Source: the human T2T-CHM13v2.0 reference genome, Homo sapiens. Taken from it: a DNA stretch of 64,000 nucleotides. Shown one piece after another: positions 53,791 through 64,000 of the stretch. A model generated the notes under the pieces. That model was not told the DNA's origin and did no database searches. It was given only the letters and a program-made list of their open reading frames with translations. The first letter of the stretch is position 1; the number at the start of each line of letters is the position of its first letter. The stretch is from NCBI RefSeq assembly GCF_009914755.1, contig NC_060927.1; one strand, 5' to 3'. A program made the position numbers and the translations under genes.

Positions 53791-54484
53791 GGTTGTTTTT
53801 GTTTTTTGTTTTTAATGTGTGCGTTATCTTACTTGATCCATTAAATCCCTAACAAGAACTCCTCTAGGGCAGATGTCCTGTCTTATTCATCCTTGGCCCC
53901 AGTGTCTTGCAAGCAAGTGAATTCTCAATAAGTGTTAATTGAATGGATGGTTGATAGATTTATAGGATGCATGCCAATTCTGTGGACGAGAGTAGGTACT
54001 AATTGTTATTTTCATTTCACAGAAGAGCAAGTCAGGGCTCCGAGCACTAAGTGACTTGGCTGAGGTCAAACTGCCTGCAAGTTTTATCTAATAGTGACAG
54101 AGGAACCAATGTGTCGAGCATGAATGTCAGTCCATTGAAACAGTGCCCACTTTTCTGACTCTGCTCCTTAAGAGACAGGGCCTGTACAGCAAGGACACAG
54201 AGAAGCAGGTTACAGAAAAAGGGCTGGCTCATCCGTGTATGCCTGGCATTTGAGGAATGTGGCTGAAATCTCAACACTCTGGTTCAGAAGCACATCTGCA
54301 ATCAAATATAACAAGACATGGTATGAGAGATGTCTGGCATACCAAGGAGATTCCTAGAATACAGCGGATAGGAAAACCTCATTACTTCAATTCCCAAGAA
54401 AGAGTACTACTGGTAGTAATCCCAACAGGAGTATCCAAGTAACTCGGTAATCTTCAGTAAAGAAAAGAAATTGTGAAACAATTA

Positions 54485-54806
54485 TAGTCAGTCCTCCATC
54501 TCTGTAGGTTCCACATCTGTGGATTCAACTCACCTCATATTGAAAATATTAATAAATAAATAAATAATAACAATATAACAATTAAAATAATGCAAATTTT
54601 AAAAGCATAACAACTATTTACATAGTATTTATATTGTATTAGGTATTATAAGTAATCCAGAGATTATTTAAAACATATGGGAGAGTGTGCATAGGTTATA
54701 TGCAAATACTACACCATTTTACATAAGAGACTTGGGCATCTGTGGACTTTGTTATCTGCAAGGGTCCTGGAACCAATTCCCCATGGATACTGAGGGTCAA
54801 CTGTAC
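54485..54806. mobile_element. MER2 (Tigger family) fossil
   Basis: Termini cagtcctccatctctgtaggttccacatctgtggattcaac ... ccatggatactgagggtcaactgta. Confidence 0.75.
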
Positions 54807-55440
54807 CAAGTTGAAAACAAAACAAAAGGAAATCTATTGCAAAAAGGAAATTCCCAAAGATAAAAAGCATGTCTATGAAATAGTCAAAGAGCCGAAAATG
54901 TTGGGAAGACCCACACTGCTTTCCCTGCCCTGTGCCCCTTTTTGCAGATCTATTTGTGTCTTTATCTACCAGCAGATATTCTATTATTCTAATAGATTCC
55001 TGTTTTTCCCAAGAGGGTTTACTTATTTATTAAATATGATGCAAACATCTCTCTCAGAGATGTTGCTCTCTCTTCCTAGGATTCCTTAGCCCTAAATCTG
55101 CAGAGCCAATTAGGTATTAATATTGGGCTTTACAACTTTGGACCATCTGACCACCAAGACTGATTCATTAAATGTATATGGTTTCAGATCACATTAATTT
55201 ATCATAGACTTTAGAATTGGCTTTTTAGAAGTACTGCTATAAGGAAAATCTCAGCATAGCAAGTTTTATCTAATAGTCTACTTGTATTAAAGAGTACTCA
55301 ATGTAAACCCTAGGAAGACTTTTAACTGCCTTTTGGAAATTGGTTGAGTGGGATTTGAACCGTGTACTCTCTGTAAAGCAGGAAATTATCACTTAGTAAT
55401 TACTAAGTATTTAAAAATGGGAAATAGAAAATTACATTTC

Positions 55441-55745
55441 AGACCTGGTGCAGTGGCTCATACCTGTAATCCTAACACTTTGGCAGGTGGAGGCAGGTGG
55501 ATCGCTTGAGCCCAGGAGTTCAAGACCAGCCTGGGCAACATAGTGAGCAACTCCATTTCTACTAAAAATAAAAAAAATTATTTGGGCGTGATGGGGTGCA
55601 CCTGTAGTCCCCACTACTCAGGAGGCTGAGACAGGAAGATTGCTTGAGCCTAGAAGGTCAAGCCTGAGTGAGCAGTGACCGGCCATTGTATTCCAGCCTG
55701 AGCAACACAGCGAGACCCTGTCTCAAAAAAAATGTATATTTTTAA
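55441..55745 (+). mobile_element. AluJ
   Basis: TSD agaaaattacattt. Confidence 0.88.
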
Positions 55746-57191
55746 AAAAAGAAAATTACATTTTAGTTGTTCCATAAATATCAGTACAACCAAACCTAAG
55801 TGCAAAATTCCCAACACAAATGATCGCCTCTGGGCCAGCCATGTAGCCCCCATCTTGCTGTCAATAATCATTTCCAGGGGCTGTAATTGTCTTCCTTCCC
55901 CCTGTACCACCCCATCACAGGACACAAATTGTTTTGCTTAGTTTAGATAGCTGTGACTAAACTAAGTGCCAATTGTCTTTTAAAATATGTGTTAATCAGC
56001 ACTCAAGATTGTTCCTACAAAAATGTCACTCCCTCACTCAATTTGCATGTGCCCTCCTGAGTAGGAGAGAAAGAGCTGAGTTAGAGGCAGCCCTCTGGGA
56101 CCTGCACAGAACCCTGTATGCTTCCGGGAGTGTGGAGTGTGTGTCTGATCTGCTGCTGGGAAAAGGAGAAGAAATGCTGAGACACTCACTGCCAGGGGCT
56201 GGTATCAGGCCATTTTCACAGGGGCTGTTGGAGGGTTGACAGCACAGCTCTACTGGACCAGGGAGGGTCCCAGCCAGCAGGGCCTGCCCCTCCGAAACTG
56301 TCCCTGTCCCTGTCCCTGAGAGGCCCCACTGAGTGTCAGATGGCACATAAGAGATTTCCTTATGCGTTGGTGTGAAGGAGATGATCAGTTCCAGGAGGCC
56401 CCTCCCCCATGCAGAAGAGAAGAAAATGGAAGAAACCGGGTTCTCAGAGTGGCCTGCGGGTGAGTGCCGCCTTGTGCTGTCAGTTCCCTTCACCTTCCAG
56501 TTCTGGGTGTACCTAGTGTGGTTTCATCAAACTGCTGAGGCCCTGGAATTGAGGGAGGATGCTGAAGGGTGCCAGGCCATAGAAGCAGTAGCAGGAGCTG
56601 CAGCAAAGAGCTAGTGTGTCTCCAGCGTCAGCTTTTGGGCCTTGGTGGCATCAAAGGAGACGTACACAGGGCCACTGTACTACGGATGGGATTCTTGGAA
56701 CAAAAGTTTGAATAATTGATGAGTGTGGAAGTGCTATGCAAAAATTCAATTCAACCTGCAGTTACCAGGCATTCATTCTGTGACAGGCATTATTGTGAGG
56801 GTGGCAAGGAGACGGGGAGTCTCTGAGAGACTCAGAGAAGAGCAGGGCATGGTGTCCACCCACAAGAGATCTGAAGACTTTCAAAGTAGTTGGGAAAACA
56901 GACATACAACTTTTTTCCCCTCCCCACAGCTAGTTGAGGCAAAAGACATATAACTTATACAGTGACAAAATACTACTGACTGTTACTGACACATAACAGC
57001 CTGGGCTGGGTCACTGGTGAGAAAAAGGAGGATTCTTGCTTTTGGGGCATTCAAGTCCTGTCCATTAACCATTTCCCAATCCCATATTTATACATCCCAT
57101 TTTAGACATATTAAGCTGAAGATTGATGTGACATACCCAAAGACACTTAAGGTTGAAGCTGAGAATCTGGGCTAGAAATATAAATCAGGAT

Positions 57192-57741
<550 letters not shown>

Positions 57742-59404
57742 CTACCTCTGCCAGGTGAGAGGAGCTTTCTGCAACCTGTGATGGGCTCAAGGATGCTGAC
57801 CATTCATCCGCCCATTGGGATAGCCCAGGCTCTGAGCTCAGCACTCCACCCGTCACTGCGATTGCACTAATCCTCACCCACCCTTGCAGGCAGGTATTAC
57901 TGTGGGCACAGAGAAGTTTGCTAACTTGCCAGAGATCCTGTGTAGGAAGCCAGGTCAGGAAACAACCAGAGTCTCTCTAACAGCCCAGGCCTTGAATGAA
58001 CACCGGCCTGCTTCAGAATACATGGCCCGTGATGTGTTTGAATTCACAGATTCACTGGACAGGTTCCCTATAGGGCCTGTGAGGAAATCTGGTCTAACAG
58101 AATCCAGAAAGACAAATTTCGCTAAACAGGTCAAGCCTGATACTGCTGCTACACTTCAGCTGTGTTAAGCCACTCGGTTATCAGACCTGCTTCTCCTTTC
58201 ATGATTTTAGTAACACAGGCCTCTTCCTTGGGCCCCTGTTGCTCCCACCATCTCCCAGGTTCTCTTGTACTCAGGGTTTAGTCTCCCCTCCCCACTACTA
58301 ATGATGCATGTGCCTTACTCTCTGATCATCTCTCCTAAATCTGCTACTCCTCTGCTCTTTCTGTGCCTTATCTATCCCTGCCGAGTCTAACATGCAGATT
58401 TTGGTCATTCCAAAGTCATGTATAGATCTAATCACAGGGCTCTCTGCTTACCAGCTGCTACTTGGATAAGGAAAGCATGCCAACACGGTCCTCCTTCTTC
58501 ATGCTGGCCAAGTCAGCATCATTATTATTACCTAAGTTTATTTCTAACACATCTCAATATCTTCATGCACTCCCTCTTGATAAAAGTAACTGAGCATAGC
58601 ACCATCAATACCATCAAATCTGTCATTCTCTTCCCCTCTCTCTGGGTGGGACAGGAAGCCAGGCTGCTCTAGGAAATCTTCCCTAACAAGCAAAGGGGAC
58701 TTGCCTGTCCTCTCGCATGTGTGATCTGAGCTTGTGTGGATCCCAGAGTGGGCATTCTGGACTACTTGACCTTGCCTATCTCTCCTTCACACCCTCTCAT
58801 CTCTCCCTCCTACCACCAAAAAACTTGCATCGTATTTCCAATCTCCAGACATACTTTTGAAACCATTTATCTATCTGGTGTGTTTATCTGTATCTAGTAT
58901 GATGTGAATATGTGATTTGTATGTGTGTCTACCACTGTTTTGGTCAGTTTGTATTTCTCGTGGGTACAGTTCTATGTGCTCATGTATGTGGAACATATGT
59001 ATACTGACACATGGACCTAGCTCCAAATGATCTGAAAGGAATATAATTGTAATTGAATATTTGCACAGATATACAACATACACATGTGATGGCTGGGGGA
59101 AATGCATGTGGGATTTCAGTCAGCATTTTATTAGAGAAGGTATGTCATTAGTGCTGTATTAACAATGAATCAGCTTATTTGTGGGTCACTGTCAATGACT
59201 CCTTTGCAAATCACACATGTAAATATTTCTGTCTGTGGTCTGATGAACATGCAGTGCCACAGTCTGGGAGATGCTGAGCCATGCCCTGTGTAGGCAGCAT
59301 ATGAAAAGAACTGCATGATTTAAAAGATGCTGACCAGCTTAAGGAAAGCAATTTAAAAACTTCCTAAAAATCTAGTTTGAATGAACAACAGTTTTCATTT
59401 TGTG

Positions 59405-59543
59405 TGTGTGTTTTTTCTTTTAGAGATGGGGTCTTGCTATGTTGGCCACGCTGGTCTCTAACTCCTGGGATCAAGCAATCCTCCTGCGGCTCAGCCTCCC
59501 AAAGTGATGGGATTACAGGTGTGAGCCACCGTGTCTGCTGGCC
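59405..59543 (-). mobile_element. FLAM_C-like monomer
   Basis: Single left-arm monomer. Confidence 0.75.
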
Positions 59544-59949
59544 CCACTGTTTTAAACCCTGATTCGACAATCATACATTTAACTCATTACCTGTCTTGTT
59601 CCTTTTACGACAAACTCAAAGCTTTTATTTTACTAAAGTATTTGGGTTAATCTTTTGCTTTTCTGTCATGTTCTGAAATATGTACAATAACAGAATCGCT
59701 CAAAATATTATCTCCGTTAAATGTTTTGTGGCTTTAGGGAGAGGTCTAACAACATGCGGGAAACAAGAAATCAAGCGCATCCAGGATTCATTTATAATCT
59801 CTCTCGTTGAGTAGAAGTCCGCATCTCTCGATATTGTCTGGTTACCTGCATGAAGTATTCTAAAGGAGGAAAATAGCTCAAAGAGGACATTCATGTGCAC
59901 TCTGGCTTCCAGTTGGCCATTTGAGTAAGTGATCGCAATTAACTGACGA

Positions 59950-61750
59950 GCGGCAGGGAAACACTTCCTGGAATTCTCATCTACAGACAAGAACAAACTG
60001 GGGCGGGGCCCATCACCTTCACCTACGCGCCGGGAGGGTGGCGGCCTGGCGGGCGGGGCCGGGCTCGGGCCGTGACGCCGAGAGGTGCGGGGCGCGCGGC
60101 TGGGAGCCTCGCGCCCCCGCCCGGGCCCGCCCCCATCCCGCCCGCATACAGCCCGCATCCCGCCGGGGAAGCGAGCCCAGTCCAGCGCTGCCCGTCCAGT
60201 CCTCGCCCAAGATTTAAAGCCCGCAAGTTTTGTTCTTGAGACCAGCGACTTTAGCTCCGATGCGGGAAGGAAAGCCGACCTCCGATTTGGACATTTAAAG
60301 AGCTGGGCTTGAACTTCGTGAGTTTCGCTCTAAACTGCCCTTGAAATGAAGCTGGACTTGGAGGTAAAGTCACTGGGAAGCTGGCCTGGGGCGGGGTTTC
60401 CCCCTCTTCTCGTATTTTAGAAACGGACAGCGGCAGTGCAGCCCTAGTTTGCTGTAAGTTTCCTTACTTTGTTACTGAGGCCCCCAGAGCTCCACGCATA
60501 AGTGGTGTGACCAGAAACCTTTTAACAAGACCCGCCTGAGCCTGCGTTAGAGCTCCCGCTCGGAAAGTAAAAGACCATCCTAATCCGCGGCGCTGCGGAA
60601 CCGGTGTCCCGTGTGGGAGGAACCGCGGCGTTCCCTGGGCGTAGGGCCCGCGAGGCCAGCACAGTCCGCCTCTTGGCGGAGCGCCCTGGGCCGGTGGTTC
60701 CGCGCGGAGTTAGTCTGTGGTCAGTTACGTGGTGAAAACACGGCTGTGCCGCGGCCGCATCTTTCCGCGGCCGAGGCCTCTCTGGGTGGGAGTGTTGGCT
60801 TCCTTTCCGGATCGCTAAATGGGGAAAGTTCTGGCCGCTCGGCGGGATACGTCTCCAGGCCACGGATGGTTCGTTCTCCGTGCCGCGGCCCCGAGCTGGG
60901 CTCCCTGGGTCTCCAGCGCGGGCTCCCGGCATTGGGGGCTGCGGGCCGGCCCCTCCGCCCCGCCCCCGCCCCGCCGCGCCTCCTCGGCCGAGCGGCTCGC
61001 GGTCTCCGGCGCGGGAGGCTCCGAGTCTGCCCACTCCGGGCCGAGCGAGGTCTCTGGAGGAGAAGAGTGGCGAGGAGGTGAGGGCACGCCGGCCCTCGCC
61101 CGGCGGGTGGCGCCAGGACTTCAGGTGGGAACGCGCGCTTGGGCCGGGGGCGCGTGGCTGGCGTGGACACCGGATCGGGGCCCGCCGCCCTGGCCCGGAC
61201 CGCGCACGGCCCAGCGCCGGGAAGTCGGGAAGCCGGGGAGGCCTCTCCCACCGCGGGCCCCGGCAGCCCGCCCTCTGAAAGCGCGGCGGAGAAGGAGGCT
61301 CGTCCCCTCCCCGGAACGCCTTTGTTCCCTCCGGCCTGCCCGCGCGGGTGGCCAGCGGCTGGGACCCAGGCCGGGCCGCCGCCCAGGTGCGGCAGGTAGG
61401 CTCGGGGGCCGGGCAGCTCCGGTTGGGGCGGCTTCCCGGGGCCTGCGGGTCCCCGTCCCTGAGGAGCTCCGGCTCCTCGGTGGCGGGACAGGCCCGTGCG
61501 CGGGAGCCGCGAGGCGAACGCCGCGCCCACCAATTCGGTTGCCGGCCGGGGGCCCCAGGCTTGCGGCCACCCGCCTCCGGCTGGAGGGCTGAATTCGAGT
61601 CGAAAGCCCGTGTCGGGCTGGAAAGAAGAAACCGCCAACCTGAGAACGCTTTCGGCGAGTTACTGGCGGGGGAAATGGGGACAGGGAAGTGGGCAGGCGG
61701 GGAGACTGCAGCCGCAGATCTCCCTGGCGGGGAGGTCGTGGCCACTCTTT
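59950..61750. promoter_or_regulatory. B3GNT5: CpG island / promoter of nested antisense gene B3GNT5
   Basis: Very high GC and CpG density. GC boxes GGGGCGGGGC near 60000, and GGGCGGGG near 60051 and 60389. TGACG half-CRE sites. Gene identity rests on the known nesting of B3GNT5 in this MCF2L2 intron; its CDS is outside the window. Confidence 0.85.
60140..60363 (+). other. B3GNT5: Probable non-coding first exon of B3GNT5 (start approximate)
   Basis: Lies downstream of the GC boxes and ends in the donor ttggag|gtaaag at 60363/60364. TSS estimated. Confidence 0.65.
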
Positions 61751-64000
61751 CCTTTGACTCTGCCTCATTTCATTTTGAATCCTGATGTGACAGAGGCAAT
61801 TGCTTGCTTGGATACCATATAGGTAAAAGTAACAGTTTTCAACTCGACTCTTGACTACACCCTGTACATTCTTGGCCGGTGTTGGTTTTCTTAGGTTATG
61901 GATCATGTTAAAGGTACACCGATGTGGTAACCGCACAGTGGCCGATGGTGGCCTGAGGCTCATATTTATGGTAATTATCTGATGAAAGTACATCCATCAG
62001 AATTGGATTTGTGCGTCTGTGCCTTTATTTTGGGAAACCTTGCCTGTTCCCTGTGGGGGATGGGAGAGGAATGTGAAAAGCCGAAGTTGACCCAGAAAAG
62101 GATGATTGAAGGTAGTTGTATTAAGTGGTGGCACCGAAATGATTCCACCCTGAACTTTCTGAAAGGGTGATTAGTGATCAGCAGCAGACGTTATAACTTT
62201 CTCAAAATAAATTTATGGTAGATTTTCTATCTGGTCACAAGTGAGGAGGTGAAAGCTGCTTTTTGGGGCCAACTCTTTGCTTTTAAAGCAAGCTAAACGC
62301 AATACCAGAAAGGTTTCCATTCTGTACTTAACCTGCTTGTCCTTCTCACTCTTCCTTATCCTCCCGCACACGCTCTGAGCATTGACTGAGCACTCTGAGG
62401 AGGAGGCTGACTCAGGCTGACCCTTCCCGGCCCTGCAAGGCTCTAAGGTAGAACCAGTGTTATCACAGGAAAGGCCCAAGCCAAAGCTCAGAGCAGCTGT
62501 TCCTGAGAAAGTGGGAGATGAGGATGAGTAGGAGGTAGAGATGCTTATAACTGCTCTGCCCAGAGAAAACTCAGAAGGTGCAGAAGAGTTTTCAAAATAA
62601 AGTGCAGGCCCCATCAAGTAAAAAATGAAACATTGTATTTCATTAAAATGGTGATCAGTTTTCTCTTTTCATAAAAGACATTCAAATGGTGAGATTGTAA
62701 AAAAAAAAAAAAAGAAAAAGAAAACTTTCTAATTCTCAAAAATAGAACAGCTTGAATAATAACTCATGGGTTTTGAAATGGGTCATCTTTTAAAATGGGT
62801 CACTTTGGCTAGAATCATTGCACTTGGTGACTTTCACATTGTAAAGGGTCCAGTTCTTTCTGAGGCCCAATTGCACTAGAATCTGCATTTCAGAACACAG
62901 GAGGTATCAGGAAGAAACTGGGAGAAATTCAGAGGGAAATTGTCTCTTCTCAGAGTAACAAAATGTCCCCTATTCAGGGGGAATTTTATATATGCTGAAG
63001 TAAATAGATCTCAGCTTTGAATTTTTATAATACATTATGCCTTTTCTGAAATATTTCCATAGCCATTATTTTAATGCATTGTTAGAATAACCTTGTAAGG
63101 AGAGGAATTCATTGTATCTGTGTTCCAGAAACTGAGGCACAGTAAATTACAAGAGCTCTGCCCTTTGATATCGAATCTCTGTGAGCGAAGATGTAACCAG
63201 AACAGTGTAAATCTAGAATTACTTTCCTTACGGTATGCAATATCTAATTATTATGTATTAGTTTACATATATATAGGGGATGTAAGAATCTTTATATTTA
63301 AAGGATAAGAAACTTGATCAGGTGAGATACAAGATTTGAATAAAAAAGCGATTTTTTAGAAACATTTTAATTCTACAAATTCAGTTGCTGGCTTTGATAT
63401 GTAACTTATTCAGATTTCTCTTCCATAGAAGGCTTTAACACTAGAAGCCAGTTCTCTACAAAAGAGAATGTTCTACCAAGTGTGTAGGCAACAAAGCCCA
63501 AAAGTTCAAGTTCAAAATACTGTTCTACAGCCTAAGATCCACCTAATATTTCAGATTTGACTCTTTTGCTCCTTTCCTATAACTTCCTATAACTTTTTCA
63601 TAGTGCTCTAAGCAAAGTAAGTTCAAGGATGGACTCACCTCAAGTTTCCTTCTCTTACTTTAGAGGACCATATAATCTTATACCTGTGTCATCCTAATTG
63701 AAATGTATTTTAAGTGCTTGTGGGAACAAGAATAACGGAAGACCGTTATTCCATTAATGGAATAATGGGGAACATGAGAAGGACCATATTCAGTCAATTA
63801 GGGATGATACTTCTGCCTCAACAGTATTTGCGATGTGTTAAATGGCCCTTAGCCATCAGATCAGTATTTTTAAAAACTCCTACCTAATTAATGTTTTTTG
63901 AGAAGAAGCATATTATGAGTATAGCTCAGTATTCTAAAAAGAAAAAAACCTGAAAAAAAAATCAGCCATCCATTAACTAACCCATCCTGGTAAAGCTACA

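Noticed and set aside
59700-61993. Many long overlapping ORFs (up to 407 aa) on both strands
   Set aside because: They are Arg/Pro/Gly/Ala-rich, present in all frames and have no recognisable domain. This is the expected stop-codon depletion of a CpG island.
60364-64000. B3GNT5 coding sequence
   Set aside because: No glycosyltransferase ORF is present; the coding exon must lie beyond the window end.

Overview
Human genomic DNA, recognised as the MCF2L2/B3GNT5 locus (chr3q27; location recalled, not computed). Eleven coding exons of the Dbl-family RhoGEF gene MCF2L2 lie on the minus strand (37906 down to 2136). All have GT-AG boundaries and join in frame (1056 nt), encoding the DH and PH domains and the start of the C-terminal tail. 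The long intron beyond 37906 holds a CpG island (~59950-61750) that is most likely the promoter and non-coding first exon of the nested antisense gene B3GNT5. The rest is mostly interspersed repeats: over 20 Alu/FLAM copies, a young 5'-truncated L1HS-Ta with an open ORF2 fragment, an older L1PA, ancient L1M/L2/MIR fragments, DNA-transposon fossils and MaLR/ERVL LTR elements. Most ORFs in the track are artefacts of repeats or GC-rich sequence. I see no evidence of a wholly new gene system. The most unusual items are: a THE1/HERVL/MLT2 chimeric LTR element bounded by one shared 5-bp TSD; a TSD-less L1HS-Ta; a perfect 56-bp palindrome at an Alu tail; a pair of local templated duplications around a coding exon; and loss of conserved catalytic-face residues in the MCF2L2 DH domain. 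Repeat subfamily calls and repeat boundaries are by eye and approximate.
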